IMG/VR virus record: IMGVR_UViG_3300046804_003510
Coordinates: 5,505 to 69,504 of that record
Length of the DNA stretch: 64,000 nucleotides
Source: a virus
Reading direction: 5' to 3' (one strand)
Position 1 is the stretch's first letter. Every line of letters starts with the position of its first letter. The notes beneath the pieces are model-generated. The model saw only the letters and a program-made list of their open reading frames with translations. It was not told where the DNA came from and did no database searches. Shown piece by piece: positions 10,120-20,455 of the stretch. The position numbers and the translations under genes were made by a program.

Positions 10120-13100
10120 ATGCCCCAAAGTACTAACTTAAACAAAAATCCATATTATGATGATTTTAGTGACTCAAAGAATTTTTACAAGGTTTTATTT
10201 AAGCCTGGAGTCACTGTACAGACAAGAGAATTAACTACTTTACAATCAATTTTACAAAATCAAATTGAAAAACTTGGAGGAGCATTTTTTAAAAAGAATT
10301 CTGTAGTTGTTCCTGGAGGATTTGCTTATGATTCCTCCTTTTATGCTGTTGAAGTGGAAAAAACATATAAGGGAATTGATGTAGAAAGTTATTTTGAAAA
10401 TCTTGTTGGACTTACTTTAACTGGAAGAACATCAAATGTAACTGCAAAGGTTGAAAAAGTTCTTTCCAGACAAGAATCTACAAGAACAAATACAACATTT
10501 TATATTAAATATCAAGCATCTTCTTCAGATAACTTTACTTCTAATGTGTTTTCTGATGGAGAGGAATTAGTTGTTAACGAAAATATTAACTTAGGAACCA
10601 GTTCAATTTTAAGTGGGTCTCCTGTAGCAAAAACAATTTCTCCAACAAATAGAACATCAACGTCAGTAGGATCTGCTGCTAAAATTGATAATGGTGTTTA
10701 TTTTGTGAGAGGATTTTTTGTAAATGTATTAAATGATGTTTTAATTTTAGATCAATATACAAATACACCATCTTATAGAGTTGGATTAAATATTGATGAA
10801 GAAATTATAGATGTAAGTCAAGATTCATCATTATATGATAATGCTCAAGGATTTTCAAACTATGCTGCACCAGGAGCAGATAGATTAAAAATATCCTTAT
10901 CCCTTACCAAAAAGAATTTAGATGATTTTAATGATGAAAATTTTATTGAACTTTTTAGAGTTGATGATGGAGTTTTAATTCAAATTAAAAATCCTACAGA
11001 AGGGTCTTTGTTAGAGGATATTTTAGCAAGAAGAACCTTTGATGAATCTGGAAATTATTATGTAAGACCTTTTAATGTAGAAGCTTTAGAGTCATTAAAT
11101 GATAATCTTGGTAATGGAGGACTTTATTCAGAAGGAGATGTAACTTCTAATGATATTGTTCCTTCAGTGGATACTGCAATCATCAAGGTATCTCCTGGAA
11201 AAGCTTATGTAAGAGGATATGAAGTCCCAACAAATACAGAACTTTTAAGTTTTCCTAAACCAAGAACAACTAAGCATGTAGAATCTTCATCTTCTGCTTT
11301 TTCTGTAGGTAATTTAATTAGAGTCAATAATGTTAAAAATGTTCCTTCTGTAGGATTGACTACTACAGCCACTGTTTCTTTGTATGATAAAAGATTAACT
11401 GGAGGTGTAGCACTTGGAACCACTATTGGTGTAGCTAGAATATATGATTATGCTTCACATATAGCATCATATGAGGATTCTTCAAGTCAATTTGATTTAC
11501 ATTTGTTTGATATACAAACATATGGAACTATTCTTTCTAATTCAGATTTAACTTCTGTTGGAATAGGTTCTTATGTAAAAGGAAACAGTAGTGGTTCTAC
11601 TGGGTTTATTAAAAACAAATCAGGACAAACATTAACTTTATATCAAGTATCTGGAGAATTTATTTCAAATGAAACTTTAGTTATAAATGGAATTGGTTCT
11701 ACTGTTTCTGTTGGAACTTTTACCAATTATTCTATTAATGATGTTAGGTCTGTTTCTGATGGAACTTTTTCTGCAGATACAGTTCTGTCTGATGAAATTG
11801 TTTTTTCTGGTCCATTTTCTTTTACAGCAGATGCTGGAATAGGAACTATTACATCAAATAATGGTTCATCATTTGCTTCAAGATTAAAAGTATCTGATGT
11901 AATTAAGTTTTCTCAATCTGGAGTTGGGTCTGATATATATGCTCAAATTTCTGCTATTAATAATACAAAAACTACAATTACAATTAACTCTGGTTCAACA
12001 GTATTAAATGTTTGTTCTGGAGATATTGGAGTAAGCACATCACTTCAAAATATTTCAGTAATCAGACCTCAAATTATTCAATCTGATGATTCATCTTTAA
12101 CTTCAAATCTGAATAATAAAAATATTGCTAATGTAGACTTTTTAAACTCAAACATTTATGTAAGAGTTTCGTATAATTCAGTATCAAAATCATCTACAAC
12201 TTTAACTCTTCCAAGTCTTTCTGGAACTGATTATGTCTATTCAACATACGATTCTGAAAGATATACAGTTGTAAATTCAGATGGTTCTGTTGAAAATTTA
12301 GATTCTGCTACATTAACCATTACAAATGGTGGAAAGGATGCAGAATTCACTAATTTATCTTCAACAGCAGGGCCTTGTAAAGTTATAACTACTCAAATTA
12401 AATCTAATGTATCTCAAAAGTTTAAGAAACTTTCTAGATGTAGTTCTTTAGTTGTAGCAAACACAAAATATAGCACTCCACCAAACGCTGGGTTAACATA
12501 CTCAACAATATATGGAACTAGAGTTGAAGATGATCAAATTAGTTTAAATACTGCTGATGTTGTATTTGTTCATGGGGTATTTGAATCTTCAACATCATCA
12601 AGTCCAGTTCTTCCCTCAATCACTCTTTCTGGTTTATCTACTGTTGATGATTTAATTGTTGGAGAAGTTTTTGTAGGGGAAACTTCTGGAGCATCTGCAA
12701 TTTATGCACAGAAAAAGAACACTTTAGAACTTTATTTAATTAATAAAAACAGTACTTCATTTATTTTAGGCGAAACTGTAACTTTTAAAGAAAGTGGATA
12801 TACTGCAACAATTGTTCAAATTAATTCTGGAGACAAAAATATAGTAGATGAATTTGTACTAGATAATGGTCAAAGAGGATATTTCTATGATTTTGGAAGA
12901 ATTGTCAGAAAAGATAGTTCAAGAGAACCCTCTGGAAGATTGTCAATTTTCTTTGATGCTTTTAATTATAATGCTAATGACTATGGAGATTTGGTGGCAG
13001 TTAATAGTTATCCAACAACATTAGATAAAAATTTAATTCCAATTTTTAAAGGAAATAGAAATACAGACATTATTGATATTAGACCAAAAGTATCTAATTA

Positions 13101-16100
13101 CACATCTTCAGCATTTAGTCCATTTGATTTCACTTCAAGAAGTTTTTCAAGTCAATCAAATAATGCATTTCAAGTTCTTTCTACTAATGAAAATTTTGTA
13201 TTTGATTATGATTTCTATCTCCCAAGAACTGACAAATTAACATTATCAAAAGATGGTACATTCAATATAGTTCTTGGAGACCCTGCAGAAATTCCTTTAC
13301 AACCATCAATATCTGATGAAGTTTTAGATATTGCTACTATCATAAGTTCTGCATATGTGTATAATGTTGAAGAAGATGTAACAATTATTCTTTCAGACCA
13401 TAGAAGATATACTATGGCTGATTTAAGAGATATTGATAATAGAGTTTCTAATTTGGAATACTATACTACATTATCTTTATTAGAAACATCAACAGAAAAT
13501 CTTTTAATTACTGATGCTAATGGATTAAACAGATTTAAATCAGGATTTTTTGTAGATGAATTTAATAATTACAATACTTCAGATACTCAAGAATTTAATT
13601 ATAACGCACAAATTGAAAATAGAACTTTAAGTGCAATTAAGCAAGAAGAAAAAATTGACCTTTCTTTATTCTATACTGATGACTACACATCATTTGCAGA
13701 CATTAATTTAAACAATACTACTTGCAGCAATTTAAAAATTACTGGGGATAAACTTTCATTAGATTATTCTGAAGTTGTTGCATCAAAACAACCTTTTGCA
13801 AGCAAATTTGTAAATGTAAACCCATTCAATATTATTACTTGGTCTGGAATCTTAGAATTAAATCCAAGGAAAGATAATTGGGTAGTAGAATTAAATCCAA
13901 GAAGATTGACAAGAAGACAAAGACGTGATTTACGTAGAAGAGGTTGGAGACGCACTCGTACATTTGTTTCAAATCTACCATACATTAGAACTAGAAATAT
14001 TGATTTTACTGGAGCAAGATTAAAACCAAATACAAGATTTAAACTTTTATTTGATAAGAAGGATTTAACTTCTAATACTTTAAATTCTACAGTATTTCCA
14101 AAACTTTTGGAAATCTCTAACAATGTAGGTAAATTTGAAATTGGTGAAACTGTTCAGTGTTTGGATAACAATAAAGTTTCTTGTACTTTTAGAATTTGTT
14201 CTCCAAATCATAAATCAGGACCAATATCAGATCCAACATTAACATACAGTAAAAATCCATACAATCCTTCTGTTGGAATTTCTTCTCAATATGGTACTCA
14301 ATCTACATTCTTAAATATTGATACTTCATCACTTTCCAGAGAAGATATTACTGGATTTTGGGGCAAAATTAAAAAGGGAAATACTATTGTAGGAACTACA
14401 AGTAAGGCAAATGCTACTGTCTCTGATATTAGATTAGTCACTAATGAAGAAGGACTTTTGATTGGTAGTATCTGGATTGATGAGCAAGATAAATTTGTAA
14501 CTGGCCAAACATCAGTAGATTTAGTTGTAAACTCTCCAACAACAAAAGTTCCTGGAGAAGTTGGAGATAGCTCAGCATCAGATACCTTTACTACTAAAGG
14601 AACAGAAATTATTCACATCCCAACAAGATATCTTGATCCATTAGCACAAACTTTCTTGGTAGAAGAAGAAAATGGAATTATTCCAACTTCTGTAGATGTA
14701 TATTTTTACACTAAAGACACTTCCATTCCAATTGAACTTCAAATTAGAGAAGTTTCTTTTGGCACCCCAGGAGGACCAGATAAAATAGTTCCTGGATTAA
14801 GAAAAGTATTATCTGCTTCTGATGTCAAAGTTAGTTCTAATGCAAGCACCAAAACTACATTTACATTTGATACTTTAACTAGACTTGCTCCAGGAGAATA
14901 TGCTGTTGTACTCATTTCGGATTCAAATGAGTACAATGTTTGGATTTCTGAACTTGGATCAGAAGACATTTCAACAGTCAATTTACCAACAGTAAATAAA
15001 ATTTTCATTACTAAACAACCATCTTTAGGAACATTGTTCAAGTCTCAGAATGGTACAACTTGGGTTCCAAGTCCATTAGAAGATTTGAAATTTACTTTAA
15101 ACAAAGCAAACTTTGTAACTACTGGTGGAACTGCTAGATTTTATAATTCAACTAATTCAGTAACTTCTCCAGAAAATAAACTTCCAAATAATCCAATCAC
15201 TGCTATTTCAACTTCTGGAGATTATCCAAATGATGGAAGACACATTTTAATATTCCACCCAAATCATGGAATGCATTCATCTAATAATCAAGTTCAAATT
15301 AAAGGAGTTCAATCAGACATTCTTCCAGTAAAATTAACTGCTGGATATGCATCTACAGATAGTGGTGCAATCTCAGTTGCAAGCACAGCAATCTTTGTAA
15401 CCTTTGAAGGTTCTAATGTTGATAGTGGAAATCCTGGATATATTCAAATTGGAAATGAAGTTATTCAATACACTGGATTCAATGGTTCAAATCAACTTTT
15501 AAATATTACAAGAGGAGTATATGGAACTACACAATCTTCTTATAGTGTAGGTGATGATGTCTATAAGTATGAGTTTAACAATGTTTCTTTGAATAGAATT
15601 AACACTCAATTTACAATTGCAAATGATCCTAGCCCAACTTTAGACACATATTATGTTCAGGTAAGTTCTGGTTCATTATTTACTCAAACAAAGACTGGTG
15701 GTGGTGATGATGTTTATGTTTCCAAGAACAAACTATTCCATGAAATTGAATTTAATCCAGATTTAGTTACTCAATTTAATAATACTGAAGTATCAGCTTC
15801 TGTAAGAACAGTTTCTGCTACAAGTGTTGATGGTTCTGAAACTTCTTTTGTAGATAAGGGATTTGAAAGTATTGGTATTACCAGTACAAATGTATTTGGA
15901 ACTCCAAGAATGGTAGCATCAAGAATTAATGAAACCACATATTTGAATTCTACAAACTTTGTTGGAAACAGATCTTTCACTTTAGAATTAAACTTGGATA
16001 CATCAGATACAAATGTTTCTCCTTTAATCAATTTAACTCAAAATTTTGTAACTGGCTCAACTTATTTCATTAATCAACCAGTTGGACTTTCATCCTATTC

Positions 16101-16530
16101 TTCAGATGGAAGAGTTAATTCAAATACAGATGACCCACATTCATTTGTTCATGTTACAAATAGAGTTAATTTAGAACAAAGCGCAAATTCACTTCAAGTT
16201 CTGTTCTCTTCTTATAGAAACTCTTCATCCGATATCAGAGTTCTTTATAAGATTTTTACAAATGATGTTCCTGATGATGAGCAAATTTGGAGACTTTTCC
16301 CTGGATATGATAATTTGGATGTAAATGGAAAAGTAATTAATCCAAATAATAATAGTGGAAGGCCCGATTTAAATGTAAGAAGCAGTTTAAATAATGAATA
16401 CCTGGACTATAGATTTAGTGTAGATGATTTGCCGGGATTTACTGGATTCCAAATTAAAATTGTTGGAACAAGTACAAATCAAGCATATTCACCATTAATT
16501 AAAGAGTTAAGAGTTATAGCAGTAAAATAA
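10120..16530 (+). CDS. VrlC-like (DUF4815) large virion structural protein
   Basis: N-terminal PYYDDF...FYKVLFKPG..VQTRELTTLQSILQNQ, APGADRLKI, LARRTFDESGNY, DPLAQTF and LFKSQNG..W motifs. Confidence 0.8.
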   Translation: MPQSTNLNKNPYYDDFSDSKNFYKVLFKPGVTVQTRELTTLQSILQNQIEKLGGAFFKKNSVVVPGGFAYDSSFYAVEVEKTYKGIDVESYFENLVGLTLTGRTSNVTAKVEKVLSRQESTRTNTTFYIKYQASSSDNFTSNVFSDGEELVVNENINLGTSSILSGSPVAKTISPTNRTSTSVGSAAKIDNGVYFVRGFFVNVLNDVLILDQYTNTPSYRVGLNIDEEIIDVSQDSSLYDNAQGFSNYAAPGADRLKISLSLTKKNLDDFNDENFIELFRVDDGVLIQIKNPTEGSLLEDILARRTFDESGNYYVRPFNVEALESLNDNLGNGGLYSEGDVTSNDIVPSVDTAIIKVSPGKAYVRGYEVPTNTELLSFPKPRTTKHVESSSSAFSVGNLIRVNNVKNVPSVGLTTTATVSLYDKRLTGGVALGTTIGVARIYDYASHIASYEDSSSQFDLHLFDIQTYGTILSNSDLTSVGIGSYVKGNSSGSTGFIKNKSGQTLTLYQVSGEFISNETLVINGIGSTVSVGTFTNYSINDVRSVSDGTFSADTVLSDEIVFSGPFSFTADAGIGTITSNNGSSFASRLKVSDVIKFSQSGVGSDIYAQISAINNTKTTITINSGSTVLNVCSGDIGVSTSLQNISVIRPQIIQSDDSSLTSNLNNKNIANVDFLNSNIYVRVSYNSVSKSSTTLTLPSLSGTDYVYSTYDSERYTVVNSDGSVENLDSATLTITNGGKDAEFTNLSSTAGPCKVITTQIKSNVSQKFKKLSRCSSLVVANTKYSTPPNAGLTYSTIYGTRVEDDQISLNTADVVFVHGVFESSTSSSPVLPSITLSGLSTVDDLIVGEVFVGETSGASAIYAQKKNTLELYLINKNSTSFILGETVTFKESGYTATIVQINSGDKNIVDEFVLDNGQRGYFYDFGRIVRKDSSREPSGRLSIFFDAFNYNANDYGDLVAVNSYPTTLDKNLIPIFKGNRNTDIIDIRPKVSNYTSSAFSPFDFTSRSFSSQSNNAFQVLSTNENFVFDYDFYLPRTDKLTLSKDGTFNIVLGDPAEIPLQPSISDEVLDIATIISSAYVYNVEEDVTIILSDHRRYTMADLRDIDNRVSNLEYYTTLSLLETSTENLLITDANGLNRFKSGFFVDEFNNYNTSDTQEFNYNAQIENRTLSAIKQEEKIDLSLFYTDDYTSFADINLNNTTCSNLKITGDKLSLDYSEVVASKQPFASKFVNVNPFNIITWSGILELNPRKDNWVVELNPRRLTRRQRRDLRRRGWRRTRTFVSNLPYIRTRNIDFTGARLKPNTRFKLLFDKKDLTSNTLNSTVFPKLLEISNNVGKFEIGETVQCLDNNKVSCTFRICSPNHKSGPISDPTLTYSKNPYNPSVGISSQYGTQSTFLNIDTSSLSREDITGFWGKIKKGNTIVGTTSKANATVSDIRLVTNEEGLLIGSIWIDEQDKFVTGQTSVDLVVNSPTTKVPGEVGDSSASDTFTTKGTEIIHIPTRYLDPLAQTFLVEEENGIIPTSVDVYFYTKDTSIPIELQIREVSFGTPGGPDKIVPGLRKVLSASDVKVSSNASTKTTFTFDTLTRLAPGEYAVVLISDSNEYNVWISELGSEDISTVNLPTVNKIFITKQPSLGTLFKSQNGTTWVPSPLEDLKFTLNKANFVTTGGTARFYNSTNSVTSPENKLPNNPITAISTSGDYPNDGRHILIFHPNHGMHSSNNQVQIKGVQSDILPVKLTAGYASTDSGAISVASTAIFVTFEGSNVDSGNPGYIQIGNEVIQYTGFNGSNQLLNITRGVYGTTQSSYSVGDDVYKYEFNNVSLNRINTQFTIANDPSPTLDTYYVQVSSGSLFTQTKTGGGDDVYVSKNKLFHEIEFNPDLVTQFNNTEVSASVRTVSATSVDGSETSFVDKGFESIGITSTNVFGTPRMVASRINETTYLNSTNFVGNRSFTLELNLDTSDTNVSPLINLTQNFVTGSTYFINQPVGLSSYSSDGRVNSNTDDPHSFVHVTNRVNLEQSANSLQVLFSSYRNSSSDIRVLYKIFTNDVPDDEQIWRLFPGYDNLDVNGKVINPNNNSGRPDLNVRSSLNNEYLDYRFSVDDLPGFTGFQIKIVGTSTNQAYSPLIKELRVIAVK

Positions 16531-16757
16531 TGAGTCAATATGCTAAAGTTGAAGGTCATCCAAATCTTTTGAGAGATTTGAAGACAAACGCAATTATTAA
16601 TACAGACATAGTTTCTTTAGATCATTATACTATAGCAAAAAGGAAAAAGGAAGAAGAGGTGAAAAGAATTGATAATCTTGAAAATGAATTGTCAGAATTA
16701 AAATCTTCTATCGATGAAATTAAACAACTATTAAAGGCATTTAAAAATGAATCATGA
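16530..16757 (+). CDS. Conserved cyanophage hypothetical protein with C-terminal coiled coil
   Basis: KVEGHPNLLRD..TNAIIN motif; TAATG overlap with upstream gene. Confidence 0.7.
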   Translation: MSQYAKVEGHPNLLRDLKTNAIINTDIVSLDHYTIAKRKKEEEVKRIDNLENELSELKSSIDEIKQLLKAFKNES

Positions 16758-16932
16758 AGAATTGCAATTAGAAGATGTTTCAAAACTTTTTGAATTTGAA
16801 AAAATTTCAAGAGAATTGGACACTTGTACAAACGTTGACCTAATGAGAAATATTTGCAAGTGCTATGTAAAACTTTATATGAAACAACAGGAATCTATAT
16901 CTTGTTTGAAGTTTGATAATCTAAATAGTTAA
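16747..16932 (+). CDS. Hypothetical protein
   Basis: 61-aa ORF packed between neighbours; SKLFEFEKISRELD...YVKLYMKQQE. Confidence 0.6.
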   Translation: MNHEELQLEDVSKLFEFEKISRELDTCTNVDLMRNICKCYVKLYMKQQESISCLKFDNLNS

Positions 16933-16946
16933 AAAATAGAAGCATA

Positions 16947-17777
16947 ATGGCAAAACCAGCATCAAGACAAGAACTTATTGATTATGCTTTAAGGCAACTT
17001 GGTGCTCCAGTTCTGGAAATTAACGTTTCAGAAGAGCAAATAGATGATAGGTTAGATGATGCTCTTCAATATTTTAATGAGAGACATTTTGACGGTGTTG
17101 AAAAAATGTTTCTCAAATATAAATTCACACAAGATGATATTGATAGAGGAAGGTCAAAGGGTGGCGGTAAAAATGTGGGAATTGTGACCACAAGTGTCAC
17201 TTCAGGGTCCAGAACTGCTAACTGGGAAGAAAATTCAAATTACATTCCAATTCCAGATACTATTATTGGTGTAGAAAGGGTTTTTAAACTTGATAATAGA
17301 ACAATTACATCAAACCTATTTAATGTCAATTATCAACTATTCTTAAATGATATTTACTGGTTTAGTTCTACTGAACTTGTAAATTACTATGTAACCAAAA
17401 GATATCTTGAAGATATTGATTGGATTGTAAATCCACAAAGACAGATTAGATTCAATAAGAGGCAAAATAGATTATATATTGATATGAGTTGGGATACTAT
17501 TGTTGAAGGAAATTATTTAATTATGGAGTGTTATAGAATTTTAGACCCATCTGATTATACTAAAGTTTATAATGACTACTTCTTAAAACTTTATTTTACT
17601 GCTTCCCTTAAAAAACAGTGGGGTCAAAATTTAATTAAGTTCCAAGGAGTTAAACTTCCTGGAGGAATTGAATTGAATGGAAGACAAATTTATGATGATG
17701 CTGTGAAAGAATTAGAAGATATTAGAGCAAGAATGATAAGTGAGTTTGAAACTGCTCCATTTGACCTTATAGGATAA
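16947..17777 (+). CDS. gp13: Neck protein gp13
   Basis: LIDYALRQLGAPVLEINV and KKQWGQNLIKFQGVKLPGGIELNG motifs; TAAATA at 16922. Confidence 0.9.
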   Translation: MAKPASRQELIDYALRQLGAPVLEINVSEEQIDDRLDDALQYFNERHFDGVEKMFLKYKFTQDDIDRGRSKGGGKNVGIVTTSVTSGSRTANWEENSNYIPIPDTIIGVERVFKLDNRTITSNLFNVNYQLFLNDIYWFSSTELVNYYVTKRYLEDIDWIVNPQRQIRFNKRQNRLYIDMSWDTIVEGNYLIMECYRILDPSDYTKVYNDYFLKLYFTASLKKQWGQNLIKFQGVKLPGGIELNGRQIYDDAVKELEDIRARMISEFETAPFDLIG

Positions 17778-17778
17778 A

Positions 17779-19155
17779 ATGTTAAATCCATTTTTTATAC
17801 AAGGGACTACTGGTGAACAAGGTCTTGTTCAAGATTTAATTAATGAGCAATTGAAAATGTATGGCATAGAAGTTTATTATATGCCTAGAGAATTTGTTTC
17901 GGAAGGAAAGGTTATTAAAGAAGTTTTATATTCAAAGTTTACACATGCATTTCCAATTGAAGCTTATTTGGTAAATTATGAAGGGTTTGACCCTAATAGC
18001 ATTTTGATGAGTAAATTTGGAGTTAGAATTACTGATGAAATGACTTTAGTAATTTCAAAGGAACGTTTTGAAACTTATATTGGTGAGTTGATGAAGGGAA
18101 TTAATTTGGTTAAAAATACCTCAAGACCTAATGAGGGAGATTTGCTTTATATTCCATTAAGCGATAGTTTTATGGAAATTAAGTATGTTGAAAATAGAAA
18201 ACCATTTTATCAACTTCAGAAAAACTATGTTTATGAATTGAGATGTGAAGTTTATGAAATTGAAGATGAAGAAATTAAAACATCAGTTGATGCTATTGAT
18301 AGTTCCATTAAAGATATTGGGTATGAATCTACTTTAATTCTTTCTGGTATTGGAGTTACTGCAACAGCAACAACAACTTTAGTCACAGGAGGGGTTCAAT
18401 ATATTGAAATGATAAATGGAGGATACAGGTACTCTTCAACTCCAACTATTAATATATCATCACCAATTTCTGGCACTAAAGCAACTGCTGTAGGAATTCT
18501 TACAAATAAAACTGGTCTTTTATCTTCAAAGAGTATAAAGGAAATATACATTACAAATCCAGGTTCAGGATATAATTACAATAATCCCCCAATTGTTCAA
18601 TTTTTTGGAGGTAATGGATATGGTGCAGAAGCTAGAGTTGGAATTGCAACCTCTGGAAGTATTGGCCCTGTAGTATTATCAAATCCTGGTCAAGGGTATG
18701 TAGTAGAGCCAACAGTAACTATTTCTGGTCCTGTTGGAGGGGGAATTACAGCAATAGCAAAAGCATTTTTAAATAACAGTGGAGGAATTTCTACTGTTAG
18801 GATTATTAATGCTGGATATGGGTACACTCAAGCACCAACAATTACTATTTCAGCAGGAAGTACAACATCAACAGGAAACTTCATATTTAATGAAACTGTA
18901 ACAGGTTCTATTTCAGGTGCTTCTGGACTTGTAAAAAATTGGGATTCTGAAACAAGAGAACTTAAAGTTACTGGAGTTGGAACTGACTTTATTGTAGGAG
19001 ATGTAATTGTTGGAACAGCATCAAGTGCTATGTATTTGGTATCAGTATCTGGAGATTTTGAAACCACTTCTGCTTATGATGATGCTGAAAGTATTGAAGA
19101 AGAGGCAGATAATATTTTAGAGTTTGATGAAATTAATCCCTTTGGAGAAGTTTGA
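17779..19155 (+). CDS. gp14: Neck protein gp14
   Basis: EQGLVQDLINEQLKMYG.EVYYMPR, RPNEGDLLY, PFYQLQKNYVYELRCE, C-terminal FDEINPFGEV. Confidence 0.9.
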   Translation: MLNPFFIQGTTGEQGLVQDLINEQLKMYGIEVYYMPREFVSEGKVIKEVLYSKFTHAFPIEAYLVNYEGFDPNSILMSKFGVRITDEMTLVISKERFETYIGELMKGINLVKNTSRPNEGDLLYIPLSDSFMEIKYVENRKPFYQLQKNYVYELRCEVYEIEDEEIKTSVDAIDSSIKDIGYESTLILSGIGVTATATTTLVTGGVQYIEMINGGYRYSSTPTINISSPISGTKATAVGILTNKTGLLSSKSIKEIYITNPGSGYNYNNPPIVQFFGGNGYGAEARVGIATSGSIGPVVLSNPGQGYVVEPTVTISGPVGGGITAIAKAFLNNSGGISTVRIINAGYGYTQAPTITISAGSTTSTGNFIFNETVTGSISGASGLVKNWDSETRELKVTGVGTDFIVGDVIVGTASSAMYLVSVSGDFETTSAYDDAESIEEEADNILEFDEINPFGEV

Positions 19156-19185
19156 GATAAATACAAAATAAAGGAAAATTAAAAA

Positions 19186-20031
19186 ATGTTTGGGAATTAC
19201 TTTTATCATAAATCAATTCAAAAAACTGTAACTGCATTTGGAACTTTATTTAATAATATTCAAATTAGAAAGTATGATGAAAATGGAGACCCTTTATCAG
19301 TATTAAAGGTTCCTATTGCTTATGGTCCAATTCAAAAGTTTTTAGCAAGAATTGAGCAGAATCCTGGTGGAGACAGAAAGGTTGCATTAACTCTTCCAAG
19401 AATTTCTTTTGAAATGACATCAATTGATTATGATTCCCAAAGAAAAACTTCAGTAATTCAGTCATTTAGTGCTCCAAGAACTGATGGAAGTGGTGCTGCT
19501 AAAGTTTATTCCCCAACACCATACAATATTGGATTTGAATTAAATATTATGAGCAAGTTGCAAGATGATGCTCTACAAATAGTAGAACAAATTTTACCAT
19601 TTTTTCAACCATCATTTAATGTATCCATTAAATTAATTCCAGAAATTGACGAAGTTAGAGATATTCCTTTTGTCTTAAATAGAGTTGGATTTAGAGATGA
19701 TTATGAAGGAGATTATTCTACAAGAAGAATTTTAATTTATACTTTAAGTTTTACTGCAAAAACTTATCTATTCAGTGAAATTCCTTCTGATAGTCAAGGA
19801 CTTATTAAAAAAGTTCAAGTTGATTATGCTACAGATGCTCTAGTAAATGCTAGAAGAGAAGTTAGATATACAGCAACTCCAAAAGCACTTCAAGATTATA
19901 ATAATGATACTGTGATTAATTCTTCAGATGATCCTCTTATTCCATTTGGCGATGACTTTGGATTTAATGAAGAAGTTGTAGATTACCAAGATTTTAGAGA
20001 GTATAGTGCTTCTCAAGGAACTGATGTTTGA
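19186..20031 (+). CDS. gp15: Tail sheath stabilizer/completion protein gp15
   Basis: YFYH.SI.KTVTAFGTLFNNI, VPIAYGP.QKFLAR, LPRISFEM, QIVEQILPFFQP; ATAAATA at 19157. Confidence 0.9.
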   Translation: MFGNYFYHKSIQKTVTAFGTLFNNIQIRKYDENGDPLSVLKVPIAYGPIQKFLARIEQNPGGDRKVALTLPRISFEMTSIDYDSQRKTSVIQSFSAPRTDGSGAAKVYSPTPYNIGFELNIMSKLQDDALQIVEQILPFFQPSFNVSIKLIPEIDEVRDIPFVLNRVGFRDDYEGDYSTRRILIYTLSFTAKTYLFSEIPSDSQGLIKKVQVDYATDALVNARREVRYTATPKALQDYNNDTVINSSDDPLIPFGDDFGFNEEVVDYQDFREYSASQGTDV

Positions 20032-20041
20032 TATATAGTTT

Positions 20042-20446
20042 ATGAAGAACAAGTTTTCCAAGATAGAACAATCCTTAGATATAGAGACAACGATTGTCCC
20101 TATATCTAAAGAGATTGTTGAAACTCCTGATGATCCTCAAAAGGATTATGAATATAGTAGAGCACAGTTATATAAATTAGTAGAAAAAGGACACGAAGCA
20201 GTATCTGGAATATTAGAGATTGCTCAAGAGTCAGGTCATCCAAGAGCATTTGAAGTTGCAGGTCAATTAATTAAATCTGTTGGAGATGTTACAGACAAAT
20301 TAATTGATCTTCAAAAGAAAATGAAAGACCTTGAAGCACCTACTAAAAATGGACCAACTACAGTTAATAACTCACTTTTTGTTGGTTCCACAGCAGAACT
20401 TTCAAAACTTATAAAACAAGGTCTGATAAATAGTGCAGAAGAATAA
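20042..20446 (+). CDS. gp16: Terminase small subunit gp16
   Basis: DYEYSR, HPRAFEVAGQLIK, NNSLFVGSTAELSK motifs. Confidence 0.9.
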   Translation: MKNKFSKIEQSLDIETTIVPISKEIVETPDDPQKDYEYSRAQLYKLVEKGHEAVSGILEIAQESGHPRAFEVAGQLIKSVGDVTDKLIDLQKKMKDLEAPTKNGPTTVNNSLFVGSTAELSKLIKQGLINSAEE

Positions 20447-20455
20447 TCATCTGGA

